Of a stretch of 64,000 nt of DNA, positions 54,668 through 64,000 are shown piece after piece. The stretch covers positions 6,478-70,477 of the forward strand of contig DASXDL010000041.1 in assembly GCA_036490715.1 (NCBI GenBank), written 5' to 3'. Each line of letters opens with the position of its first letter. The first letter of the stretch is position 1. The translations under genes and the position numbers were made by a program. The notes under the pieces were generated by a model. It did not search any database. It was not told where the DNA came from and saw only the letters and a program-made list of their open reading frames with translations. The stretch comes from Steroidobacteraceae bacterium. Lineage in GTDB: Bacteria; Pseudomonadota; Gammaproteobacteria; Steroidobacterales; Steroidobacteraceae.

Positions 54668-55558
54668 CTACAACCAGTAGACGAAGATGAACAGGCCCAA
54701 CCAGACCACGTCGACGAAGTGCCAATACCAGGCCACCGCTTCGAACGCAAAATGATGATTCGGGGTGAAGTGTCCGCGCAATACCCGAAACCAGATGATC
54801 ATCAGCATGATCGCGCCGATGGTGACGTGCGCACCGTGAAATCCGGTCAGCATGAAGAATGTCGAGCCATAGATGCCGGTCGACAGTTTCAGGCCCATCT
54901 CCCGATAGGCTTCGCCGTATTCATGCGCCTGCAGGCCGACGAAAGTGAATCCCAGCAGAAACGTCAGCGCCAGCCAGAAGGTCAGGGCGCCGCGCTTGCT
55001 GTGCCGCAGCGCGTGGTGCGCGAGTGTCACGGTCAGGCCGCTGGTCAGCAGGATGGCGGTGTTGAGCGCCGGTAAACTGAAGGCCGGAATCACGTTGAAG
55101 CTGCCGTCGGCGCGGCCGCCAACGTGGGCGGGACCGTTGCTGGGCCAGGCTGGGTTGAAGTTTTTCCACAGCACCAGCTTGTTGATCACCTTGACCCCTT
55201 CACCGCCTTCCCACGGCACCGAGAAATTGCGTGCGTAGAACAGGGCGCCGAAGAACGCCGCGAAGAACATGACCTCGGAGAAGATGAACCAGATCATGCC
55301 CATGCGGAATGAGCGGTCGACCTGGTTGTTGTAGACCCCGTGCTGGTTCTCGCCGATTACGGTGCCGAACCAGCAGAAGAACATCGTCGCCAGCAGCGCC
55401 AGGCCAGGCAGTATGGCCCATCCGCCGGCCCACTCGTTCAGGTAAAGCACGCCGCCGAGCATCATGGTGAACAGCGCCACCGAACCTAAGATCGGCCACG
55501 GACTGTTGTGCGGCAGGTAGTACTTGTCGGTACTGGCGTGGGCGTGCGTCTCTGACAT
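54668..55558 (-). CDS. coxC: cytochrome c oxidase subunit III
   Basis: 296-aa, 7-TM protein with the typical ...FHGAHVTIG...WYWHFVDVVWL C-terminus. Confidence 0.95.
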   Translation of the reverse strand: MSETHAHASTDKYYLPHNSPWPILGSVALFTMMLGGVLYLNEWAGGWAILPGLALLATMFFCWFGTVIGENQHGVYNNQVDRSFRMGMIWFIFSEVMFFAAFFGALFYARNFSVPWEGGEGVKVINKLVLWKNFNPAWPSNGPAHVGGRADGSFNVIPAFSLPALNTAILLTSGLTVTLAHHALRHSKRGALTFWLALTFLLGFTFVGLQAHEYGEAYREMGLKLSTGIYGSTFFMLTGFHGAHVTIGAIMLMIIWFRVLRGHFTPNHHFAFEAVAWYWHFVDVVWLGLFIFVYWL

Positions 55559-55564
55559 CAGTGT

Positions 55565-56122
55565 CTATCCTGTGGTTCGGGCGCGATCGGGAACGTCGTA
55601 AAAGGTGTAGGCCAGGGTCAGGTGCTCGATGTAGGCCGGCAGCTGCGGGTCGACGAAGAACCGTACCGGCATCACCCGTTGCTCATCGCGCTTGAACGAT
55701 TGCGGCGAGAAGCAGAAGCACTCGGTCTTGTGAAACCACTCGGCGACCTTCGAGGGCACGATGTCCGGCACCGCCTGTGCGGTGACGTCGTGCCCGGTCA
55801 GGTTGTGAGCGAAAAAGTCGGCTTCGTACAGCTTGCCCGGATGCACCTGCAGCGAACGCACCACCGGATGAAAGTCCCAGTTGCCGACGCTCGGCAGATT
55901 GGTCATGAAGTCGATGGTGATTACCCGCTGCTGATCGACACTGCCGGGACCGAGCGCGTAGGCGCGCGACAGGCTCTTCTGATTGCCCAAGCCGGTGATC
56001 GAACACAGCACGTCGTACAGCGGCACCAGTGCGAATCCGAACGCGAAGCTGCCGGCGACAAACAACGACAGCTTCAGCACCAGATTGCGGTGCCGGCCCC
56101 GCTGGTTATCAGCTGCGCTCAT
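55565..56122 (-). CDS. ctaG: cytochrome c oxidase assembly protein CtaG/Cox11
   Basis: 185 aa with one TM segment and the copper motif TECFCF. Confidence 0.92.
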   Translation of the reverse strand: MSAADNQRGRHRNLVLKLSLFVAGSFAFGFALVPLYDVLCSITGLGNQKSLSRAYALGPGSVDQQRVITIDFMTNLPSVGNWDFHPVVRSLQVHPGKLYEADFFAHNLTGHDVTAQAVPDIVPSKVAEWFHKTECFCFSPQSFKRDEQRVMPVRFFVDPQLPAYIEHLTLAYTFYDVPDRARTTG

Positions 56123-56232
56123 CGGTGGCCGTGCAGGATCGAGTACAGGATGAAGCCGACGTAGAACGCCATCACGATCACGCCCAGCACCCAGGCGCTG
56201 CGGCGCACGCGCCGGCGCTGGTCAGGATTCAT
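56119..56232 (-). CDS. 37-aa single-TM protein between ctaD and ctaG (cytochrome oxidase small assembly protein-like)
   Basis: Not in the ORF track because it is under 60 aa. My translation is [37 protein letters not shown]. Its stop overlaps the ctaG ATG (ATGA). Confidence 0.6.
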   Translation of the reverse strand: MNPDQRRRVRRSAWVLGVIVMAFYVGFILYSILHGHR

Positions 56233-56279
56233 GGCCACTCGGGACTGGGCGCTCATGTGGATCGCAGCGGGCGTCGCCT

Positions 56280-57911
56280 TCAGTGGTCAAGTCCGGCGCC
56301 ATGATCCGGCACGCCATGATCCAGCATGGCCGCGGAGGGCGCCTCGATCCAGCTGTGGTACGGCGCCGGTGACGGCAGCTGCCACTCCAGGCCGCGCGGC
56401 TTGTCCCATACCTTGGCGGTCGCCTTGACGCCGCCGTGCGCGCACTGCCAGATCAAGATCGGAAACAGGAACTGCGACAAACCGAAGCAGAAGCCGCCGA
56501 TCGACGACACCATGTTCCAGTCGGCAAACTGGGTGGCGTAATCAGGAATCCGGCGCGGCATGCCGGCCAGCCCGAGGAAATGCTGCGGGAAGAACAGCAC
56601 ATTGACGAAGATGGTCGACAGCCAGAAGTGCCACTTGGCCAGCTTCATGTTGTACATGTGGCCGGTCCACTTCGGCAGCCAGTAGTACACCGCACCCATG
56701 ATCGCGAAGATCGCGCCCGGCACCAGCACGTAGTGGAAGTGCGCGACGACGAAATACGTGTCCTGATACTGAAAGTCCGCTGGCGCGATCGCCAGCATCA
56801 GGCCGGAGAAGCCGCCGATCGAGAACATGAACAGGAACGCGATCGCCCACAGCATCGGCGGTTCGAAGCTGACCGAGCCGCGCCACATCGTGGTCGCCCA
56901 GTTGAACACCTTCACGCCGGTGGGAATCGAGATCAGCATGGTCGACAGCATGAAGAACAGCTCGCTCGACAGCGGCATGCCGACCGTGAACATGTGATGC
57001 GCCCAGACGATGAACGATAGGAACGCAATCGACGCGGTCGCGTACACCATCGCGTCATAGCCGAACAGCGGTTTGCCCGAGAACGACGGGATGATCTCCG
57101 AGACGATGCCGAAGGCCGGCAGAATCATGATGTAGACCTCGGGATGCCCGAAGAACCAGAAGATGTGTTGAAACATCACCGGGTCGCCGCCGCCGGCGGC
57201 GTTGAAGAAGCTGGTGCCGAAGTAGTGATCGGTGAGCATCATGGTGACCGCCCCGGCGAGCACCGGCATCGCCGCGATCAGCAGATAGGCGGTAATCAGC
57301 CAGGTCCAGACGAACAGCGGCATGCGCAGCAGCGTCATGCCGGGCGCGCGCATGTTCATGATGGTCACGATGACGTTGATCGCGCCCAGGATCGAGGAGG
57401 CGCCCATCAGGTGGATCGCGAAGATCATCAGCGGCAGCGCGTCGCCGGTCTGCAGCGTCAGTGGCGGATACATGGTCCAGCCGCCGGCCGGCCCGCCGCC
57501 GGGCACGAACAGCGTCGACAGCAGCAGCGTGAACGCGAACGGCAGGATCCAGAAGCTGAAGTTGTTCATGCGCGGCAGCGCCATGTCGGGCGCGCCGATC
57601 TGCATCGGGATCATCCAGTTCGCCAAGCCGACGAACCCGGGCATGACCGCGCCGAAGATCATCACCAGCGCGTGCATCGTGGTCATGGTGTTGAACAGCG
57701 CCGGATCCAGGAACTGCAGACCGGGCTTGAACAGCTCCAGCCGGATCAGCATCGCGAAGCTGCCGCCGATGAAGAACATGGTGCCGCTGAACACCAGGTA
57801 CAGCGTGCCGATGTCCTTGTGATTGGTGGTGGTGAGCCAGCGATTCCAGAAGCCGTGCGGCTTGTGATCGTGCCCGTGATCGGCGGCGGCGCTGTGTTCG
57901 TGATTGGCCAT
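56280..57911 (-). CDS. ctaD: cytochrome c oxidase subunit I
   Basis: 543 aa with the WFFGHPEVY motif and the heme/CuB His ligands HHMF. 12 TM segments. Confidence 0.97.
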   Translation of the reverse strand: MANHEHSAAADHGHDHKPHGFWNRWLTTTNHKDIGTLYLVFSGTMFFIGGSFAMLIRLELFKPGLQFLDPALFNTMTTMHALVMIFGAVMPGFVGLANWMIPMQIGAPDMALPRMNNFSFWILPFAFTLLLSTLFVPGGGPAGGWTMYPPLTLQTGDALPLMIFAIHLMGASSILGAINVIVTIMNMRAPGMTLLRMPLFVWTWLITAYLLIAAMPVLAGAVTMMLTDHYFGTSFFNAAGGGDPVMFQHIFWFFGHPEVYIMILPAFGIVSEIIPSFSGKPLFGYDAMVYATASIAFLSFIVWAHHMFTVGMPLSSELFFMLSTMLISIPTGVKVFNWATTMWRGSVSFEPPMLWAIAFLFMFSIGGFSGLMLAIAPADFQYQDTYFVVAHFHYVLVPGAIFAIMGAVYYWLPKWTGHMYNMKLAKWHFWLSTIFVNVLFFPQHFLGLAGMPRRIPDYATQFADWNMVSSIGGFCFGLSQFLFPILIWQCAHGGVKATAKVWDKPRGLEWQLPSPAPYHSWIEAPSAAMLDHGVPDHGAGLDH

Positions 57912-57935
57912 TAATGATCTCGCTGCGGTGTTGTC

Positions 57936-58805
57936 TTAATTGCCCGTGGTGGCTGCCGGTGCGGCGGCTGCCGGCGCGGCCGGCGCCTTCAGCGCTTGCT
58001 GCTGCTGCGCCAGCCACTGATTGAAATCATCCTTGCTCCTAACCTCGATCACGATCGGCATGAAACCGTGATCGCGCCCGCAAAGCTCGGCGCACTGACC
58101 GCGGTAGGTGCCGGTCTTGTCGGGGTCGATGTCGAACCAGGCCTCGTTGATGAAGCCCGGTATGGCGTCCTTCTTGATCGCCAGTGCCGGCACCCACCAG
58201 GAATGAATTACGTCCTGACCGGTGATCAGCACCCGCACCTTCTCGCCGGCCGGCACGATCAATGGATGATCGACGTCCAGCAGGTAGTTCGGCACCGTGG
58301 TCGGGTCGATGCCTGAGTCGAGCTGACGGGCGCGATTGCTGGCGCGGTCGAGGGTCGACAGGATCTTGACCCCGGTGTCGCCGTACTCGTAGCCCCACTT
58401 CCACTGATAGCCGGTGACATGGATGGTCAGCTCGGTCGCGACCGGATCCTCGGTCTGTACCAGCACGCGCGCCGCCGGCACTGCCATGCTGATCAGGATC
58501 AGCACCGGAATGATGGTCCAGATGATCTCGATCCGGTTGCTATGCAGGAAGTGCTCGTCGGCAACGGCGCCCTTGCTTTTGCGGAACCGCACCATCGAAT
58601 AGATCATGAAACCGAACACCACGATCGCGATCGCGACGCACCACCAGAACATCAGCATGTGCAGCGAGTAGATCTCGCGCGACATAGCACTGATGCCCGG
58701 CGTCATGTTCAGTGTCCAGGCCGCATCCGCTTTCGGTGCCGCGGCCAGCATTAGCACGGCGGCGCTGACAGCGGCCGCAAACATTCTCGGATGTTTGTTC
58801 GTCAT
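57936..58805 (-). CDS. coxB: cytochrome c oxidase subunit II
   Basis: 289 aa with a signal peptide and two TM segments. CuA site HSWWVP...CAELCGRDHGFM. No CxxCH heme c motif. Confidence 0.95.
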   Translation of the reverse strand: MTNKHPRMFAAAVSAAVLMLAAAPKADAAWTLNMTPGISAMSREIYSLHMLMFWWCVAIAIVVFGFMIYSMVRFRKSKGAVADEHFLHSNRIEIIWTIIPVLILISMAVPAARVLVQTEDPVATELTIHVTGYQWKWGYEYGDTGVKILSTLDRASNRARQLDSGIDPTTVPNYLLDVDHPLIVPAGEKVRVLITGQDVIHSWWVPALAIKKDAIPGFINEAWFDIDPDKTGTYRGQCAELCGRDHGFMPIVIEVRSKDDFNQWLAQQQQALKAPAAPAAAAPAATTGN

Positions 58806-58829
58806 TCTGATCCTGTACCCTCGGGCGCG

Positions 58830-59306
58830 TTAATCCAGGGGCGGCGATTCGCTGATACGACCTACCGAACGCATCAGCCGACCCGCCAATGCCCGCCGTT
58901 GCTCTTCTGTCAGGAAGCTGCCGACCTCGTACGACCGACCATGTGATTCGATCGTGAGACGGCTGGGATGCAAGCGCGTTTCAGCGCGCCGCAGTCTAAC
59001 CTGCGCCCAGTGCCGCGGAAACACCACTTGCTCGCGAAGCTTCCGCCGCTGGGTCGCCACTTCGACCCGGTCGTCGGTGACGGTGATGGTCTGCGAATAA
59101 TGCTGTCGCTGCAAGCTGGCGCGCAGCGCCCATCCCAGCAGCAGCATCTCCACACCAGCGAACGGGAATACCGGCCACAAGCCCTTAAGTGTCATCGCCA
59201 GTGCGATCGAGAATGACACCAGGCAGATGCTGCTGAAAAACAGTAGCGCGCCTCGCGGCGTCAGCGAACAGTTCGGCGATAGCTCAATCGTCAGAACGTG
59301 CTCCAC
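58830..59306 (-). CDS. DUF2244 domain-containing membrane protein
   Basis: 158 aa with LSPNCSLTPRGALLFF and two TM helices. It is directly upstream of coxB, as is common for this family. Confidence 0.8.
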   Translation of the reverse strand: MEHVLTIELSPNCSLTPRGALLFFSSICLVSFSIALAMTLKGLWPVFPFAGVEMLLLGWALRASLQRQHYSQTITVTDDRVEVATQRRKLREQVVFPRHWAQVRLRRAETRLHPSRLTIESHGRSYEVGSFLTEEQRRALAGRLMRSVGRISESPPLD

Positions 59307-59383
59307 TTTCTGAATCCATCGGCAGGGGAACGAGCTGCCGGCGCATCATACGAAGCGAGCTTTTCGGTCGCAAGGACAACGAC

Positions 59384-60130
59384 TTAAGTCGCGCGCTGTT
59401 CCGGCATGTGGGCGCTGAACAATGCACTGGCGGCGGCCACCAAGTAGCCGGCGTCGCCATCCCTGATACGCGAGTGTGGCAGCAGCGCCAGCCTTGGCAC
59501 ACCGAGCAGGTTGTCGAGCGCAGCAATGTTGTCATCCAGCGCTGGCATGTCGGCGTCCAGCACCGAGCCGATCCAGCCCTCGAGCGTCAAGCCGGACGCG
59601 CCGATGGCCTGCACGGTCAGCAGCGCGTGATTCAGACACCCCAGGCGCAGTCCGACCACCAGTACCACCGGCAATCTCAGGCGCTGCGCAATATCGGCCA
59701 TGGTTCCGAGCTCGCCGATCGGAGCGAACCAGCCGCCGGTACCCTCCACCACCACCACATCGGCCTGAGTCGCAAGCCGCTCATACGCGGCCGCCACGAC
59801 CTCGGGCTCGATGCGCACGCCGACGCGAGCGGCGGCGATATGCGGCGAAACGCCCCAATCAAACGCATAGGGGTTGATGTCCAAGCGGTCGACTTCTGGC
59901 GGCGAACATGCGCCGATTAGGGCGACATCATCGTTGATCATGTCGCCTTCCTTATAGAAGCCGCCGAGCCCGATCAGTTCCCAGGCAAGGGCCGATCGGC
60001 GCCCCGTGGCAACCGGCTTCATGCCCACGGCGCGCACTCCGCGACTGTGCAGGGCGCGCAGCAACGCCACCGCGACACGGGTCTTGCCGATCTCGGTGTC
60101 GGTGCCAGCGATGAAGACGCCGGCGCTCAT
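59384..60130 (-). CDS. bioD: dethiobiotin synthase
   Basis: P-loop GTDTEIGKT. About 248 aa. ATGA overlap with bioC. Confidence 0.9.
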   Translation of the reverse strand: MSAGVFIAGTDTEIGKTRVAVALLRALHSRGVRAVGMKPVATGRRSALAWELIGLGGFYKEGDMINDDVALIGACSPPEVDRLDINPYAFDWGVSPHIAAARVGVRIEPEVVAAAYERLATQADVVVVEGTGGWFAPIGELGTMADIAQRLRLPVVLVVGLRLGCLNHALLTVQAIGASGLTLEGWIGSVLDADMPALDDNIAALDNLLGVPRLALLPHSRIRDGDAGYLVAAASALFSAHMPEQRAT

Positions 60131-61011
60131 CGCGGCGCCCGGCGGATGCTCGACAGCGGCACCGCGAACTCGCTCGGTGCGTCGGCAGAATCGGTGGCTG
60201 CACTGCCGAAGGCGGCGCCGAACACGACCTCGTAAGTTGCCGGCACGCCGGCGGCCGTGCGCTGCTGTGCGTAGGCCTCGATCATGCGCTGCATGCGCGC
60301 GCGACCGGTGAGAGTGCGCGCGCGCCGAGCGGCCGCATTCCCGGCACCGATGTGCTTGAGCGAGCGCATCAGTGCGTACACGTCCGGATAGCTGAGCTGA
60401 TGCTGTTCGATGTCCAGCACCGGCTCGAGCAGTCCGGCGTGCGTCAGCGCGTCGCCCAGCTGCGGCAGATCCGGAAACGGCATCACGTGCTCACCGGCAT
60501 CGACGCTGGCCCAGGCCGCGCGCAGCTCCTGCAGCGTCGCCGGGCCGAAGCTCGAGAACAGCAGTACGCCGCCGGGCTTGAGCACGCGCGCGAGCTCGCG
60601 AAACACGCGCTCCGGCTCTGCGCACCACTGCAACATCAGGTTGCTGAAGATCAGTTCGACGCTGTGCTCGCGCAGCGGCAGGGTTTGCGCTTCCGCACAC
60701 ACACGCCGAAATCCCCGCCACGGCCACAGTGCATGCGGCGCTGCGCGCAACATGGCGGGCGCGATGTCGATCGCGATCACCTGCGCACGCGGATAGCGAC
60801 GGCGCAGCGCGAGCGTGCCCCGGCAGGTGCCGGAGCCCAGATCCAATACCGTCTGCGGCCGCAGCGAAAAATACCCCAGCCGCTCGAGCAGCTCGGTACG
60901 CACGCGCCGCTGCAGCTGCGCGCCCGCCTCGTAGCTCGGCGCGGCACGGTCGAAGGAGCGCATCACGGCGCGGCGGTCGAAGGAGCCGTGGGTCAGGCCG
61001 GCAGCGTTCAT
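60127..61011 (-). CDS. bioC: malonyl-ACP O-methyltransferase
   Basis: SAM-binding motif VLDLGSGTC. 294 aa. It sits between bioH and bioD. Confidence 0.88.
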   Translation of the reverse strand: MNAAGLTHGSFDRRAVMRSFDRAAPSYEAGAQLQRRVRTELLERLGYFSLRPQTVLDLGSGTCRGTLALRRRYPRAQVIAIDIAPAMLRAAPHALWPWRGFRRVCAEAQTLPLREHSVELIFSNLMLQWCAEPERVFRELARVLKPGGVLLFSSFGPATLQELRAAWASVDAGEHVMPFPDLPQLGDALTHAGLLEPVLDIEQHQLSYPDVYALMRSLKHIGAGNAAARRARTLTGRARMQRMIEAYAQQRTAAGVPATYEVVFGAAFGSAATDSADAPSEFAVPLSSIRRAPR

Positions 61012-61832
61012 GCGGGCCGCAGCGCAGCGCGGGGCACGCTGGTGTGCGCGCCGGCGCGGGTGAAGTCGAGCAGCGCCGATGTCACCTGCGCGGCATGCGA
61101 CAGGAACGGCGCATGGCCGGCACGCCTGATCTTCAGCAGCTGTGCCTGCGGCAGCATCTGCGAGAGCGCCTGCGCGGCCTGCGGCGAAGTCACGCGATCG
61201 TACTGTCCGGCGATCAGCAATACCGGCAGCTCGATGCCTCGCGCCAGTGCCCGCAAATCATTGTGCTCGAGCATCGTAAGTCCCGCCTGGAGCGCTTCGG
61301 GGCGCGCGCTGCCGTGCTCCCGCAGCGAGCGCTGCAGACGCTCAAGCACCGCCGGGCCAGCCACGCTGCCTCGAACCTGCAGCTCGAGGAACTCGGCTAC
61401 GGTCGCGTCCGGATCAGCCGCCAATTGCTGGCCAAAGCGCTGCAAGGTCGACGTCGGCAGGCCGTAAGGCCAGTCGGCGCTGCTGACGAAGCGCGGGCTG
61501 GTGGCGATCAGCACCAGCCGGCGCGCCGCAACAGCAGCGCGATCGGCCAGCTGCAGCGCCAGTTGGCCGCCGAGCGACCAGCCGATCAGGGTCGCCGAGC
61601 GCGGCAGGTTCGCGCCCAGCCACTCAAGCTGGTGTTGCGCGTCGGCCGGCGCATCCCAGCCACTGCGGCCGTGGCCCGGAAGGTCGATGCTCGTCACCTC
61701 ATGCTGCGAGGCGAGCGCATCGCGCAGCGCGTCGAAAATGCGCAGGTTCATGCCCCAGCCATGCAGCAGTACCACCGGTTCGCCGTGGCCGCGCGTTTCG
61801 CGATACAGGGCCGGGCTGGCACGCTCGCTCAT
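61008..61832 (-). CDS. bioH: pimeloyl-ACP methyl ester esterase
   Basis: ATG at 61832 overlaps the bioF stop (ATGA). Alpha/beta hydrolase with HGWG and the nucleophile elbow GWSLGG. Confidence 0.88.
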   Translation of the reverse strand: MSERASPALYRETRGHGEPVVLLHGWGMNLRIFDALRDALASQHEVTSIDLPGHGRSGWDAPADAQHQLEWLGANLPRSATLIGWSLGGQLALQLADRAAVAARRLVLIATSPRFVSSADWPYGLPTSTLQRFGQQLAADPDATVAEFLELQVRGSVAGPAVLERLQRSLREHGSARPEALQAGLTMLEHNDLRALARGIELPVLLIAGQYDRVTSPQAAQALSQMLPQAQLLKIRRAGHAPFLSHAAQVTSALLDFTRAGAHTSVPRAALRPA

Positions 61833-63013
61833 GCGGCACTGCGCTCGCGCCACAGACGACCGAGGCTCTCCGCCAGCGCATCGACGTCGGCTTCGCGGTG
61901 CGCGGCCGACAAGGTGATGCGCAGCCGGGCGCTGCCACGCGGCACCGTCGGCGGGCGAATCGGAGCGACCCAGAAACCGGCAGCCGCCAGCGCTTCGCTC
62001 AACGACAGCGCGCGCGCCGAATCACCGACGATCAACGGTTGGATCGGTGTGGTCGAGGCTGCCAGGGGCAGGCCGAGTGCCGCGCCGGCTTCGCGAAATC
62101 GGCGCACCAGCGCAAGCACGCGCTCGCGACGCCAGGATTCCTGCTGCGACAGCCGCAGCGCCGCGCGGCTCGCGGCCGCCACCGCCGGCGGCAGCGCCGT
62201 GGTGTAAATATAAGTACGCGCGCGCTGAATCAGATACTCGATCAGCGCGCTGTCGCCGGCGACGAAGGCACCGAAGGTGCCCAATGCCTTGCCCAGCGTT
62301 CCCACCAGGATCGGCACTTGCCGCGTGGTGGCGGTCGCCTCGAGCGTGCCGCGGCCGGTCGCGCCAATGACCCCAAGGCCATGAGCGTCATCGACCAGCA
62401 GTGCAGCGGCGCTGGTTTGAGCCAGCTGCGCCAACTGCGGCAACGGCGCCAGATCGCCATCCATGCTGAAGACACCATCGGTCACGATCAGCGCGGCGCT
62501 GCCAGCGGTCGCCAACATCTGTGCGGCGCTGGCCGCATCGGCGTGCGCATAACGGCGCAGCCGCGCGCCGCAAAGACGCGCCGCATCGAGCAGCGAGGCG
62601 TGATTGAGGCGATCGGCCAGCAGCAGCTGGCCTTGCTCGGCCAGCGCGCCGACCACACCGAGGTTGGCCATGTAACCGGTCGAGAACAGCAGCGCGCGTT
62701 GCCGGCCGGTGAACGCCGCCAATTCTTCTTCCAGCGCGTGGTGCTCACGCGTATGGCCGCTGACCAGGTGCGAGGCGCCAGCGCCAAAACCGAACTGGGC
62801 CATGCAATCCGACGCCGCGCGCACCACCGCCGGATGCTGGCTCAAGGCCAGGTAGTCATTGCTGCAGAAATTGCGCAACACGCGCTCGCCGATGCGCACC
62901 GCGGTCGGATCGCCGGGCTCGGGGAATGCCTCGACCACGCGGCGCCGGCGGCGCGCGTGCCGCGTCTCAAGTTCGCTCAGCTCGCGCGCGAGCCGCTGCG
63001 CATCAATGGGCAC
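61829..63013 (-). CDS. bioF: 8-amino-7-oxononanoate synthase
   Basis: PLP-dependent class II aminotransferase fold with the PLP lysine region GTLGKALG. The likely GTG start at 63013 overlaps bioB by 11 nt. The tracked ORF extends to 63073. Confidence 0.9.
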   Translation of the reverse strand: MPIDAQRLARELSELETRHARRRRRVVEAFPEPGDPTAVRIGERVLRNFCSNDYLALSQHPAVVRAASDCMAQFGFGAGASHLVSGHTREHHALEEELAAFTGRQRALLFSTGYMANLGVVGALAEQGQLLLADRLNHASLLDAARLCGARLRRYAHADAASAAQMLATAGSAALIVTDGVFSMDGDLAPLPQLAQLAQTSAAALLVDDAHGLGVIGATGRGTLEATATTRQVPILVGTLGKALGTFGAFVAGDSALIEYLIQRARTYIYTTALPPAVAAASRAALRLSQQESWRRERVLALVRRFREAGAALGLPLAASTTPIQPLIVGDSARALSLSEALAAAGFWVAPIRPPTVPRGSARLRITLSAAHREADVDALAESLGRLWRERSAA

Positions 63014-63992
63014 CGGGTTCAGCCGCGGCGGGCTCGGCCCGGATCCCGAGGCGCGCCAGCAGCGCACGGTCATGCGCCACGTCGGGATTGCCGGTGGTCA
63101 GGAGCTTCTCGCCATAAAATATGGAATTGGCGCCGGCCAGAAACGCCAGCGCCTGCAATTCGTCGCTCATGCCGCTGCGACCGGCCGACAGCCGCACGTG
63201 CGCCTTGGGAATCATCACGCGCGCCGCGGCGATGGTGCGCACGAAGTCCAGCGGATCGATGTCTTCGCCTTGAGCCAGCGGCGTTCCCGGAACGCGCACC
63301 AGCTGGTTGATCGGCACGCTCTCCGGATGCTGCGGCAGGTTCGCCAGCGTGACCAGCATCTGCGCCCGATCGCGCACCGTCTCTCCCATGCCGACGATGC
63401 CGCCGCAGCAGACATTGATGCCGGCCGCACGCACCGCCGCCAGGGTGTCCAGACGGTCTTGATAGCTGCGGGTGGAGATGATCTGGCTGTAGAACTCTTC
63501 CGAGCTGTCCAGGTTGTGGTTGTAGTAGTCAAGGCCCGCGTGCTTTAGCTCCGCCGCCTGCTCCGCTGTCAGCATGCCGAGAGTCGCGCAGGTTTCCAGG
63601 CCGAGCGCGCGCACCTCACGCACCATCGCGGCGATCTGCTCGAGCTCGCGGCGCTTGGGCGAGCGGTAGGCGGCCCCCATGCAGAAGCGGGTAGCGCCGG
63701 CGGCGCGCGCGGCGCGCGCCCGTTCGAGCACAGCCGGCAACGGCATCAGTGCATCAGCCTCGACCTCGGTCTGATAGCGCACGCTCTGCGGGCAGTAGGC
63801 ACAGTCCTCGGGACAGCCGCCGGTCTTGATCGACAGCAGCGTGCTCATCTGCACCGTATTGGGGTCGTGCCAGGCCCGGTGCACGCGCTGGGCGGCGTGA
63901 ATCAGGTCGGCAAATGGCAGGCCGAACAGCGCCTGCGCCTGCTGCAAAGTCCAGTCATGACGCGGTTCGGTGCCGATGTCGGCATCGATCAT
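63003..63992 (-). CDS. bioB: biotin synthase
   Basis: Radical SAM motif [12 protein letters not shown]. 329 aa. First gene of bioBFHCD. Confidence 0.95.
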   Translation of the reverse strand: MIDADIGTEPRHDWTLQQAQALFGLPFADLIHAAQRVHRAWHDPNTVQMSTLLSIKTGGCPEDCAYCPQSVRYQTEVEADALMPLPAVLERARAARAAGATRFCMGAAYRSPKRRELEQIAAMVREVRALGLETCATLGMLTAEQAAELKHAGLDYYNHNLDSSEEFYSQIISTRSYQDRLDTLAAVRAAGINVCCGGIVGMGETVRDRAQMLVTLANLPQHPESVPINQLVRVPGTPLAQGEDIDPLDFVRTIAAARVMIPKAHVRLSAGRSGMSDELQALAFLAGANSIFYGEKLLTTGNPDVAHDRALLARLGIRAEPAAAEPGAH

Positions 63993-64000
63993 TGGGCTGC

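Overview
This is a visibly high-GC proteobacterial chromosome segment. Gene content looks gammaproteobacterial (Xanthomonadales/Nevskiales-like), but the taxon cannot be proven from the sequence. It spans the replication-origin gene neighbourhood. gyrB-recF-dnaN-dnaA on the minus strand (3.3-9.5 kb) diverge from rpmH-rnpA-yidD-yidC-mnmE-(lipoprotein)-mnmG on the plus strand (9.7-15.9 kb). The best oriC candidate is the AT-rich dnaA-dnaN spacer, which carries an inverted DnaA-box pair. Next come a CBS protein, trkH-trkA, uvrD, an MBL hydrolase, and the biogenesis half of an aa3-type cytochrome c oxidase cluster (ctaB, ctaA, SCO-like, SURF1, DUF2909-like; 22.3-25.9 kb). The structural half (DUF2244, coxB, ctaD, an untracked 37-codon ORF, ctaG, coxC; 54.7-59.3 kb) lies about 29 kb away. 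The block between the two halves is mixed: M13 peptidase, MFS transporter, NRDE protein, YpfJ peptidase, GST, zwf, an ECF sigma/anti-sigma/DUF4097 operon, a NYN-LOTUS protein, an FG-GAP lipoprotein, a Gly/Ser-rich secreted protein and VOC-fhs. It also holds a c-di-GMP signalling neighbourhood with three GGDEF-EAL proteins, a hybrid histidine kinase with Hpt, GlcG-like and MscS-like proteins, and an orphan 130-aa protein. The window ends with bioB-bioF-bioH-bioC-bioD. Operons are tightly packed, with many ATGA/GTGA start-stop overlaps. I recognised no rRNA, tRNA, CRISPR, transposase, integrase or phage genes. Many long ORFs in the track are antisense or mirror ORFs typical of high-GC DNA and were not called. 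Nothing here can be shown from sequence alone to be a new system. The best leads are the split cox cluster, the NYN-LOTUS / FG-GAP / Gly-Ser-rich gene string with its perfect palindrome, and the orphan small protein embedded in the c-di-GMP neighbourhood.
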